A DNA stretch of 14,845 nucleotides. Origin: Candidatus Eiseniibacteriota bacterium (GTDB lineage Bacteria; Eisenbacteria; RBG-16-71-46; JABDJR01; JAWXBZ01). The position numbers were made by a program, and so were the translations under genes. The stretch spans positions 1 through 14,845 of the forward strand of contig JAWXBZ010000033.1 of NCBI GenBank assembly GCA_034440375.1, in the 5' to 3' direction. Of this stretch, positions 1 through 7,881 are shown one piece after another; within the stretch, counting starts at the first letter, position 1; every line of letters starts with the position of its first letter. The notes beneath the pieces were generated by a model. That model had not been told where the DNA came from and did not search any database. It worked only from the letters and a program-made list of their open reading frames with translations.

Positions 1-1298
1 ATCGTGATCTGCTGCTCGAGGATGTTCGCGCCATTTTGACCGTAACGATTGCGCATCTGTTGAAAGCCGGGAAAGTAGAGGATCAAAGCGGCCAGCGCCG
101 CGGCCGTCGGCACGAGGAAAGCCCGGCGGCCAGGCCACCGCGCGGACATTCCCCACCACCCGGCAACGCAGAGCACCGTGACGGGAACCAGGAGAGGGAT
201 CTGATAGCGGTAATAATGAGAATGCCAGCCCGGGGAAAGCCCGCCCAGGAGGACCATCAGCGGAATCCAGATGGCGAGCAAACGACCTGCCACGCCCAGC
301 CTTCCGGCAAGAGCCCGGATCCAACCCAGGGCGAACCCCGCCGCCATGAGGGCGATGCCAAGCGCCTCGATTGGCCGACTCATGCGCAGCCGATGAAAGT
401 CATCCAGGGGCAGGACCGCAATTTCTCCCCATACGCCCGGAAGGGCGCGGATCGACCGGACGAGGACATCCGGCCGCGTTTCGCTCCAGAGGCCCTTCAC
501 CCGCATGCTGTCCCACTCGGGCGAGCCGGTGAGCATCAGGTTGAGGAGCGGCGGGGCCAGGAGGAGTGCGGTCGCCCCGAGAAATACGACCGCGCAAACC
601 AGTCCGCCCCGCAGCCGACGCCCCGCGTCCGTGGCTTCGGTGCCGGGTCGCTGTCGCCAGTTCTCGAACCAGAGAATCAGGAGCGTCACGAAGCCGATCG
701 GGATTCCCTCGGGGCGGACGAAACCCAGGGCGCCCGCCATCCACCAGGCGGCTCCGGGGCCTGGCCCGGCCCGGGCCACGACAGCACCGATCATCGCCAG
801 CGCCAAAGCGTAGAGAATCGTGTCCATGCCCGAAAGCGCCGCCCAGACCAGGTGACCGCGAACCGCGAGGAGAAGCACGACCGTAAGCCCCGCCACGAGG
901 CCCGGCCTTGGTCCGGCCATGCGATCGACAAGGGACCGGGTCAAGAGGCCGGCGGCGACCAGGGTGGCCGCAAGCCCGGCCATCCCGAGTCCGATGGCAT
1001 ATACGGCGAACGACATCCCGTGAAACCCGACCCACCAGCCCGGGACGAGCAGCGCGAGATGCAGCAGGGAGGAGGCTCCGGTGGAGGGGGTGGCACCCGC
1101 CGTATAGCTGAAGAAATGCCCCTCGGCCAGCCTCCGGGCGTACTGGAGATAGATCCAGGTGTCATCCAGGGGTGGGGAGAGGACACCCCCGGTGCGCCCA
1201 AGGAGCGCGTTCAAGTAGAGGAGGCCGGCCAAAAGGGCCAAACCACCCCCGGCCGCGCGAATCAGCGCAATCCCCGAAGAGCGTGGGGCGAAATTCAT
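1..1298 (-). CDS. Polytopic membrane GT-C-fold glycosyltransferase (AftB/PMT-like), 3' end outside window
   Basis: Manual minus-strand translation from ATG 1298 is open to position 1 (at least 432 codons): MNFAPRSSGIALIRAAGGGLALLAGLLYLNALLGRTGGVLSPPLDDTWIYLQYARRLAEGHFFSYTAGATPSTGASSLLH...WAALSGMDT...GFVRPEG...TRYQIPLL...GANILEQQIT. DD pair (D45/D46) in the loop after the first TM, many hydrophobic segments, SGM(D/E) and RPEG motifs. The + ORF 36..1301 is its antisense shadow. Exact start uncertain. Confidence 0.75.
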   Translation of the reverse strand, partial: MNFAPRSSGIALIRAAGGGLALLAGLLYLNALLGRTGGVLSPPLDDTWIYLQYARRLAEGHFFSYTAGATPSTGASSLLHLALLVPGWWVGFHGMSFAVYAIGLGMAGLAATLVAAGLLTRSLVDRMAGPRPGLVAGLTVVLLLAVRGHLVWAALSGMDTILYALALAMIGAVVARAGPGPGAAWWMAGALGFVRPEGIPIGFVTLLILWFENWRQRPGTEATDAGRRLRGGLVCAVVFLGATALLLAPPLLNLMLTGSPEWDSMRVKGLWSETRPDVLVRSIRALPGVWGEIAVLPLDDFHRLRMSRPIEALGIALMAAGFALGWIRALAGRLGVAGRLLAIWIPLMVLLGGLSPGWHSHYYRYQIPLLVPVTVLCVAGWWGMSARWPGRRAFLVPTAAALAALILYFPGFQQMRNRYGQNGANILEQQIT

Positions 1299-1321
1299 TA
1301 AAGGTTGGCGCAAGGGGGTCG

Positions 1322-1351
1322 ATTCTATTTTTGGACCCCGGGTGGCGTCAA
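1322..1351 (-). promoter_or_regulatory. Putative sigma70 promoter for the GT-C gene
   Basis: Minus strand TTGACG (1351-1346), 18 nt spacer, TAGAAT (1327-1322), 23 nt upstream of ATG 1298. Confidence 0.5.
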
Positions 1352-1365
1352 ATGACCCACCGGGG
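1336..1365. repeat. Imperfect inverted repeat in the divergent GT-C/pilM intergenic region
   Basis: CCCCGGGTGG-C-GTCA-AA-TGAC-CCACCGGGG; overlaps the minus-strand -35 box. Confidence 0.55.
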
Positions 1366-1445
1366 AGACCGGTCGCGGTCCTCTGATCCGGCACGGGGTC
1401 GGAAGAGGGAACCCTTGACCTTTGACCCGCGAGGTAGGTGAACGG

Positions 1446-2492
1446 ATGTTCTTCAAAGGACCCAGGTCAGTCGTCGGGCTCGACATTGGCTCGAGCAGCA
1501 TCAAGATCGTGGAGCTCGAGTCCACCGGCGACAGTCATCGCCTCAAGGATTACGGCGCCATCGATCTCCTGCCGGAAGCCATCGTGGACGGGGAAGTCAT
1601 GGACCGTCAGCTGGTGGTTGAGACGATCCAGAATCTGTTCGAGTCGAAGAAGATCCGCACCCGGCGCGTCGTCAGCGCCGTCTCGGGGCGCGCGGTCATC
1701 GTCAAAAAGATCCTGATGGATCGACTGGCAGAGGAGGATGCGAAGGAAGCCATCCACTGGGAGGCCGAGCAGCACGTCCCGTACGACATCAATGACGTCT
1801 CCCTCGACTTCCAGATCCTCGAGGGTGAGCCCAACCCGAAGCAGATGCAGGTTCTGCTGGTGGCCGCCAAGCGCGACATGCTCAACGCCCACGCCGACCT
1901 GATCCGCGAAGCCGGCCTCACGCCGGTCATCATCGACGTCGACTCCTTCGCCGTCCAGAACGCGATCATGGCCAACTATGACTTTGCTCCCGACGAAGTG
2001 GTGGCGCTGGTCAACGTCGGGGCCGAGATCACCAACATCAACATCATCCAGAATGGCGTTCCGCTCTTCACGCAGGATCTGTCGCTCGGAGGCAACACGT
2101 TCGTTGAAGCCATCATGAAGCGACACAACGTCAGCCATGCGGAAGCCACGCTCGCAATCCGCGGCGATGAAGCGCCCACCTTCGATCTCAATGCCGTCGT
2201 ACAACAGGTCTGTGAAGACCTGGCGATGGCCATCGAGCGGTCCGTGGTCTACTTGAAGACGTCCGGCGATACCGAGCGCATCACCCGCATTCTTCTGTCG
2301 GGTGGTGGGGTGCGGATACCGGGTCTCGTGGACCTGCTGAACCGCCGCCACCAGGTGCCGGTGGAGATTGCCGATCCGTTGAAGCGGATCACACACGACG
2401 TGGCAATCTTCAATGGCGGGGACCCCAGGGTACTGGCGCCGACCTTAACGGTCGGCATCGGACTGGCTCTGAGAAAGGTCGACGACCGATGA
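1446..2492 (+). CDS. pilM: Type IV pilus assembly protein PilM (actin-like, FtsA/MreB fold)
   Basis: VGLDIGSSSIKIVEL, EAEQHVPYDI, VLLVAAKR, DVDSFAVQN, VNVGAEITN, ILLSGGG, GLALR. ATG 1446 follows GAGGTAGGTG; first gene of an MNOPQ array. Confidence 0.95.
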   Translation: MFFKGPRSVVGLDIGSSSIKIVELESTGDSHRLKDYGAIDLLPEAIVDGEVMDRQLVVETIQNLFESKKIRTRRVVSAVSGRAVIVKKILMDRLAEEDAKEAIHWEAEQHVPYDINDVSLDFQILEGEPNPKQMQVLLVAAKRDMLNAHADLIREAGLTPVIIDVDSFAVQNAIMANYDFAPDEVVALVNVGAEITNINIIQNGVPLFTQDLSLGGNTFVEAIMKRHNVSHAEATLAIRGDEAPTFDLNAVVQQVCEDLAMAIERSVVYLKTSGDTERITRILLSGGGVRIPGLVDLLNRRHQVPVEIADPLKRITHDVAIFNGGDPRVLAPTLTVGIGLALRKVDDR

Positions 2493-3112
2493 TCCAGATC
2501 AACCTTCTTCCCCAGGAAGAACGGGTCCAGCGGAGGAAGTTTGCCCTTCCGGGGGTGTCCAGCGTGGCTCCCTTCGTCATGGTCGGAATCTTCCTGGCCG
2601 CCGTCATTGGCATCACGGTCGTGGAGCGGTCGAAGATCTCGTCACTTGGCCGCGACATCGCACGCGCCGAGGAAGAGGCCCGCCGCCTGAAGCCGCAGAT
2701 CGACAAGGTCAATGAGTTGACCCGCCAGCGCGAGGAGTTGAACACGCGCCTCACGATCATCCAGGACCTGGACAAGGGGCGGTTTCATTCCGTGCGCCTC
2801 ATGGACGAGGTGGCCGCCGACATGCCGTCTTATCTCTGGCTGACGGCGTTCAAGGATCAGGGCGGCTCGAAGGTCACCATGGAAGGGGTCACGTTCTCCA
2901 ACCTGGTTGTGGCCGATCTCATGCTGAGACTGGACAAGAGTGAAATCTTCCACAACATCGACCTCGTCGTCACGCAAAAGGGGTTGATCGAAGAGCGCGA
3001 AGTGACCCAGTTCACCGTGACCGCCGATGTCGTACCCGGCTCCACCACGCGCCCCAATGCCGGATCGGTGGCGGCCCTGTTGAACGACGAGGAGGACGGC
3101 GATGGATTTTAA
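2489..3112 (+). CDS. pilN: Type IV pilus assembly protein PilN
   Basis: N-terminal INLLP PilM-binding motif, single TM, coiled-coil segment, MPSYLWLT...MEG ferredoxin-like domain; ATGA overlap with pilM. Confidence 0.93.
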   Translation: MIQINLLPQEERVQRRKFALPGVSSVAPFVMVGIFLAAVIGITVVERSKISSLGRDIARAEEEARRLKPQIDKVNELTRQREELNTRLTIIQDLDKGRFHSVRLMDEVAADMPSYLWLTAFKDQGGSKVTMEGVTFSNLVVADLMLRLDKSEIFHNIDLVVTQKGLIEEREVTQFTVTADVVPGSTTRPNAGSVAALLNDEEDGDGF

Positions 3113-3800
3113 GGATCCCAAATCGCAGAAACTGATCCTGGCGGGCATTGCCATCGCCGGGCTCAGCTACCTCTACTTCTTTGCCACGTTCGTTCCCTTC
3201 GGGTACCGGGCGATGACGGCGGAGAAAAAGGAGCTGCAGGGAAAATACGAACAGCTTTCCTCTGATTTGAACAAGGCGCGCCAGACGCTCTCCTCGATGG
3301 CCCGCGTGGAGCGGGAGTTTGAGGCGATCCGTGGGCGTTACGAGGCGGCCCGGGTTCTTCTGCCCGAGGAGAAGGAAGTTGCCAACCTGCTCCGGATGGT
3401 CAGTCTCGTCGGCCAGCAGTCCGGCGTCGAGTTCGAGCTGTTCAAGCCGCTTCCACAGGTGGTTCAGGGCTACTACATCGAGAATCCCGTCGACGTGAAG
3501 GTGACGGGCGACTATCACGATGTCGGACAGTTCCTGGCCGAGGTGGCCAACCTGTCGCGAATCGTGAAGGTGTCACATCTCAATCTGGCCGCCAGCAAGG
3601 CCGAAGACGATTCCCGCACCGTCATCGCATCGTTCACGGCCTCGGCATTCACATTGAACCCAACGCCGACGGACCCTGACGCCGAAGAGGACGAGGACGC
3701 AGCCGTCGTCGAAACCGGCACGAGCCGGAAGGATCGTCGCTCGGCGGCCGCAGGCAAGGCCACCCGGGCGAAGGCCAAGGAGATCGCCAATGAATCGTAG
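3102..3800 (+). CDS. pilO: Type IV pilus assembly protein PilO
   Basis: Single TM, coiled coil, LLPEEKEVANLL, VTGDYHDVGQFLAEVANLSRIV PilO signature. Confidence 0.93.
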   Translation: MDFKDPKSQKLILAGIAIAGLSYLYFFATFVPFGYRAMTAEKKELQGKYEQLSSDLNKARQTLSSMARVEREFEAIRGRYEAARVLLPEEKEVANLLRMVSLVGQQSGVEFELFKPLPQVVQGYYIENPVDVKVTGDYHDVGQFLAEVANLSRIVKVSHLNLAASKAEDDSRTVIASFTASAFTLNPTPTDPDAEEDEDAAVVETGTSRKDRRSAAAGKATRAKAKEIANES

Positions 3801-4278
3801 GATCAAGGACATTCTCCGGAACCCCGCCGCACGGCGCTGCGGGCTGGCCATTGCCCTGCTTTCGGGATGGAGCAGCCTGGTTCCGGCAGCAGCTTACCCC
3901 GCCGACGAACCGCCGGCCAACGACCTGACCTATACCCGTGAATCGTACTACTACGCGGCCACCGGACTGCGCGACCCCTTCGGCTCGCTGGTCTCCGGTC
4001 GCTTCGTCTCCGAGGATTCCAAGCGGCTCCCCGATATCGGCTCGATCGATCTTCTGGGCGTCATGTGGGGCGACAGCGACAAGTTCGCCCTGGTCGAGGA
4101 CCAGGAGGGTAATGGTTTTGTCCTGCGCGTCGGTGACCCGGTGGTGAACGGCGAAGTGGCCGGCATCACCCGCGAATCGCTCAGCATTCGCCAGCATTTC
4201 TTCGGATCGTCCACGACCGTCACGTTGAAACTCAAACCGAAAGAGGAAAAGGGCCATGCCAGCAAGAAACGCAGGTAA
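3790..4278 (+). CDS. pilP: PilP-like pilus assembly protein
   Basis: Between pilO and pilQ; YY..GLRDPF motif, LLGVMWG..ALVED..G.GFVLRVGD...GEV beta domain; signal peptide but no lipobox. Confidence 0.8.
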   Translation: MNRRIKDILRNPAARRCGLAIALLSGWSSLVPAAAYPADEPPANDLTYTRESYYYAATGLRDPFGSLVSGRFVSEDSKRLPDIGSIDLLGVMWGDSDKFALVEDQEGNGFVLRVGDPVVNGEVAGITRESLSIRQHFFGSSTTVTLKLKPKEEKGHASKKRR

Positions 4279-6199
4279 GACTGGCGCCACTCTGCGAGCG
4301 CTGGCTCTGGCGGCTCTCGTAATCGGTCTGGCTGCCGCCGGACCGGAGAAGCGCGCCAACTTGAACAATCTGGCTCTCCAGGAAATCGGGGGCGCCACCC
4401 AGTTGACCTTCAATGCCGATCGCAAGGTGGAATGCAAGACGGTCGCCGTCAACGATCCGGGAATCCTGGTCTTTGACATTCCCGGCGCCAATCACTCGCT
4501 TCCCCGGACAGCCGAAATGGAAACGGCCCTGATGACCGGGATCCAGACCGACATCTGGCACGATGAGGAAGGCACGCCGATCACCCGCATCACCGTTCGA
4601 CTGAAGACACCGGCCACGAGCTGGGTCGAGGTGGGTGATTCGGGGTTCCAGATCATGCTGACCCCCGCGGCCCTGGAACTGCCGGCCGCAAGCCAGGCGA
4701 CGGCAGCCGACCCCGTTTCCTCCGAAATGCCGGCGGCCATCGATGAGATGGCAAGCCAGGCTCTCGTACCGACCGACAGCCCGTCAACGCCTTCAAATAG
4801 CTCCCCCGATTTCTCAAACACCTGGGGCGAAATTACCGTGGAGGGTGTCGCTCCGGCAGCGCGGGCCACCGAACCGGATGCCGGAAGGGCTGCGAGCACT
4901 CCGGAGGATTCCAGGTCCGCGGTGCGCCAGATGCTCGCCGAGCGACCCATCGATTTCATGCCCCGCTCACTGCAAGACGGTGCCCGTTACGCCGAATCGG
5001 GATCGCGCGTTTCCCTGGATGTCCAGGGCGCCGATATCCGCACCGTCATGCGGTCGCTGTCGGAATACTCAGGCACCAACATCGTGGTCGGCAAGGAAGT
5101 CACCGGCTCGGTCACGGTCAACCTGGCGGAAGTTCCCTGGATCGATGCCCTCAATACCATCTGCCGGACGCAGGCGCTCGGCTGGGTGGACGAAGAGGGG
5201 ATCATCCGGGTGGAAACTCTTGAAAACCTCCGCAAGGAGGATGTGTCCCGGTCGAGCGCCGATCGTCAGCTCGAGGATCTCCAGCCGTTGACGACCCAGA
5301 TTGTCCGGGCCGTCTATGCCACGGCCACGGAACTGAAGCCGGCTATCGAAAAGACGTTGACCACCCGCGGCCACATCGAAGTGGACCCGCGGACCAACTC
5401 ACTGGTCATCACGGATGTATCGCGCCGGGTGTCCGCCGCCACGGAAATGGTCAAGCACCTCGATTCGCGCACGCCGCAGGTCGAGATCACTGCCAAGCTC
5501 GTCGACGTGGACGCCCGTTACACCCGTGATCTCGGCATCTCGTGGGGCGTGGGCCAGGTCCACTCCTCCGACCAGGCCTTCTCGGGCGAGGCCGACATCA
5601 ACACCAACAATGTCGTCAACCCGGCGGCCAACGTCCGGTTCGGGTTGGTCCGTTCGTGGGGCACGATCAACGCGATGTTGTCGGCCCTCGAGCAGGACAG
5701 CAAGGCCGACATCATCTCGAACCCGCGCATTACCACGGTGAACAATCGTGAGGCGCGGATCCTGGTTGGCCGCAAGATTCCGCTCATCGTGCTGGACGAG
5801 GCGGGCAACGCCATCACCCAGCTGACCACCATCGGCATCACGCTGCTCGTCACGCCCCATATCAACGACGATCAGCGGATCACGCTCGACCTGCATCCCG
5901 AAGTCAGCGACCTGGCGTCGCAGGCCACGGTGCAGGGCGGCATCATCATCAATACCTCGGAAGCCGACACCCGTGTCATCGTCGACGACGGCGAGACCGC
6001 GGTCATCGGCGGCCTGATTCGCAGCAACACCGGCAAGGTCGTCCGCGGCGTGCCGATCCTCAAGGACCTGCCCATTCTCGGGGCTTTGTTCCGGACCACC
6101 ATCGAGGTGAAGGAGAAGCGGGACCTCCTGATCTTCATCACGCCGAGAATCGTGACCAACTGGACCCAGACCAGCGACGCCTCCAGCTACAAGGAGTAA
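4256..6199 (+). CDS. pilQ: Type IV pilus secretin PilQ (signal peptide, AMIN-like domain, linker, N0, N3, secretin)
   Basis: RVSLDVQGADIRTVMRSL..VPWIDAL (N0), RGHIEVDPRTNSLVITD (N3), PQVEITAKLVDVD, GETAVIGGL, VPILKDLPILGALFR..LLIFITPRIV (secretin). Confidence 0.95.
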   Translation: MPARNAGKTGATLRALALAALVIGLAAAGPEKRANLNNLALQEIGGATQLTFNADRKVECKTVAVNDPGILVFDIPGANHSLPRTAEMETALMTGIQTDIWHDEEGTPITRITVRLKTPATSWVEVGDSGFQIMLTPAALELPAASQATAADPVSSEMPAAIDEMASQALVPTDSPSTPSNSSPDFSNTWGEITVEGVAPAARATEPDAGRAASTPEDSRSAVRQMLAERPIDFMPRSLQDGARYAESGSRVSLDVQGADIRTVMRSLSEYSGTNIVVGKEVTGSVTVNLAEVPWIDALNTICRTQALGWVDEEGIIRVETLENLRKEDVSRSSADRQLEDLQPLTTQIVRAVYATATELKPAIEKTLTTRGHIEVDPRTNSLVITDVSRRVSAATEMVKHLDSRTPQVEITAKLVDVDARYTRDLGISWGVGQVHSSDQAFSGEADINTNNVVNPAANVRFGLVRSWGTINAMLSALEQDSKADIISNPRITTVNNREARILVGRKIPLIVLDEAGNAITQLTTIGITLLVTPHINDDQRITLDLHPEVSDLASQATVQGGIIINTSEADTRVIVDDGETAVIGGLIRSNTGKVVRGVPILKDLPILGALFRTTIEVKEKRDLLIFITPRIVTNWTQTSDASSYKE

Positions 6200-6269
6200 T
6201 TGCTCACCGGCCCCGCGCACGGGGCCGATAACATCCTCAGGCGAGTTCCCCCCAGCTCGCCGGAAGACG

Positions 6270-6307
6270 CCGCCGGTCGACGCAAGTCGGCCGGCGGTTC
6301 GCTTTCT
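6270..6307 (+). terminator. Probable intrinsic terminator of pilMNOPQ
   Basis: 12-bp stem CCGCCGGTCGAC/GTCGGCCGGCGG with GCAA loop, then TTCGCTTTCT (imperfect U tract). Two more hairpins lie upstream (6208-6227, 6240-6261). Confidence 0.65.
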
Positions 6308-6328
6308 GGGCCGGCACAGGAAGCAGCC

Positions 6329-6364
6329 TTTCCCCGCGCGGCACGGCTCGCTATTCTCCATCCC
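6329..6364 (+). promoter_or_regulatory. Putative leaderless sigma70 promoter
   Basis: TATTCT (6352-6357) exactly 7 nt before ATG 6365; no Shine-Dalgarno; weak -35 TTTCCC at 17 nt. Confidence 0.4.
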
Positions 6365-7867
6365 ATGAACCACCCACCGCCCGAAGCCACCCGGCCCGCC
6401 GCAACGCCGCGTCACGCCGCCGCCGTCATCCTCGTCCGACATCCTCGTGATCCGGAGATCTACTGGGTTCAACGACAGCCGCACCTGACCTTTCTCGGCG
6501 GCTTTCATTCGTTTCCGGGGGGGCGACTGGACAAGGGTGATGATCCGGCCGTCTACGGCCTGGGCGCGGCGTTTGACGATGCACCGCTTCGATTCTGCGC
6601 GCTGCGCGAACTGTACGAGGAAACCGGCGTCCTGATCGGCGGGCGCTTTGTTGACATTCCCGACTTCATCACGGGGGTCAAGACCGGTGTGCTGACCCCT
6701 GACCTTTCGGCCCTCATGCCGGCAGGGCGCTGGGTGACGCCGCCGTTCAGTCCGGCGCGCTTCGACACCACGTTTTACCTGGCCTGGCTGCCGGAAGGGC
6801 CCGAACCGGTCGCCTTTGCCGGTGAGCTGGCCTTCGGCGAGTGGATCCGTCCCGAGGCGGCGCTGGAGCGGTGGAACGAGGGGCGGGCGCTCCTGGCCCC
6901 CCCGACGCTTTATGCCATTCGCGGGCTCTGTGCCGCGGTGCTCATGGCCTCGGGGAACGACGAGCCGCTGGAACTGGCGATGGCAGCGGAGCAGTTGACC
7001 GGGTCGGAAGAGGCCAACGGCGGCCCGGTCACCCGGATCGAGATGCGCCCGGGCTTCTTTCTTTTTCCAATGAAGACCCGCACGCTTCCCCCGGCCACTC
7101 ATACCAACGCATTTCTCGTCGGCGGCGCCTCCCTGGTCCTGGTCGATCCCGGTTCCGACGATCCCGGCGAAATCGAACGCCTGCTCCAGTTCATCGACCG
7201 GCTGGGGGGCGAAGGGCGGAGCGTCACTGAAATCTGGCTAACGCACCAGCATCCGGACCACGTGGGTGGCGTGGCGGTCGTGGCCTCACGGCTTGGCGTG
7301 CCGGTCCGGGCCCATCCATTGACCGCGACCCGGTTGGCCGGGCTTGGCGTTCCGATCGAACCGGTTCTCGAGGACGACCTCGTTCGGGAACTCCCCGGCC
7401 GCCCCGGCTGGCGCCTTCGAGTGGTGCACACACCGGGTCATGCGGTGGGGCATCTCGCTTTCTTCGAGGAGGTGTCGGGCACGCTCATTGCCGGAGACAT
7501 GGTGTCCGGCGTCGGCTGGATCATGATCGATCCGCCGGAGGGGGAGATGGCGCCCTATCTCGACTCGCTCCGACGGTTGGCCGGGCTCGGTGCCAGCGCG
7601 CTCTTCCCCTCGCACGGCCCGCCCACGACGGGGGTCGTCGATCGGCTGGAGGCTTACCTGGCTCACCGGCTCGAGCGGGAGGCGAAAGTCGTCGGCGCGC
7701 TCAAGGGAGGACAAGCCCGGTCCATCGAGGATATCCTCGCGGACGTCTATGATGATGTCGCGCCGGACCGGCTCGGACTGGCGCGCCGATCCCTCCTCTC
7801 GCACCTGATCAAGCTGGAATCGGAGGGGTCGGTCATTTCGCGGGGGGAGATGTGGCAGTGGCGATGA
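6365..7867 (+). CDS. NUDIX hydrolase (Nudt19-like) fused to LACTB2-like metallo-beta-lactamase-fold hydrolase with C-terminal winged helix
   Basis: FPGGRLD...ALRELYEETG (Nudix box with insertion), RWVTP..RFDTTFY, APPT; then TLPPATHTN, LVDPG, THQHPDH (HxHxDH), TPGHAVGH, AGDM, PSHG, HRLERE, SLLSHLIKL. Start set at ATG 6365, downstream of the terminator. Confidence 0.88.
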   Translation: MNHPPPEATRPAATPRHAAAVILVRHPRDPEIYWVQRQPHLTFLGGFHSFPGGRLDKGDDPAVYGLGAAFDDAPLRFCALRELYEETGVLIGGRFVDIPDFITGVKTGVLTPDLSALMPAGRWVTPPFSPARFDTTFYLAWLPEGPEPVAFAGELAFGEWIRPEAALERWNEGRALLAPPTLYAIRGLCAAVLMASGNDEPLELAMAAEQLTGSEEANGGPVTRIEMRPGFFLFPMKTRTLPPATHTNAFLVGGASLVLVDPGSDDPGEIERLLQFIDRLGGEGRSVTEIWLTHQHPDHVGGVAVVASRLGVPVRAHPLTATRLAGLGVPIEPVLEDDLVRELPGRPGWRLRVVHTPGHAVGHLAFFEEVSGTLIAGDMVSGVGWIMIDPPEGEMAPYLDSLRRLAGLGASALFPSHGPPTTGVVDRLEAYLAHRLEREAKVVGALKGGQARSIEDILADVYDDVAPDRLGLARRSLLSHLIKLESEGSVISRGEMWQWR

Positions 7868-7881
7868 AGGGAGGGCGCGCG

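Noticed and set aside
36..1301. 421-aa + strand ORF in the track
   Set aside because: Codon-aligned antisense shadow of the minus-strand GT-C gene; R/G/P/Q-rich with no motifs.
1304..1405. Sigma54-like TTGGCGC and CGGCACG elements upstream of pilM (also near 6339)
   Set aside because: No GC dinucleotide at the required 10-nt spacing from the GG.
1330..1445. c-di-GMP/cGAMP (GEMM) riboswitch ahead of the pilus genes
   Set aside because: The conserved GGCAAA..GAAA..GACGCAAA elements are not visible; needs an Rfam scan to exclude formally.
6200..6364. 55-aa N-terminal extension of the NUDIX-MBL protein from TTG 6200
   Set aside because: Runs through the hairpins and terminator; ATG 6365 has a promoter signature and lies just before the domain start.
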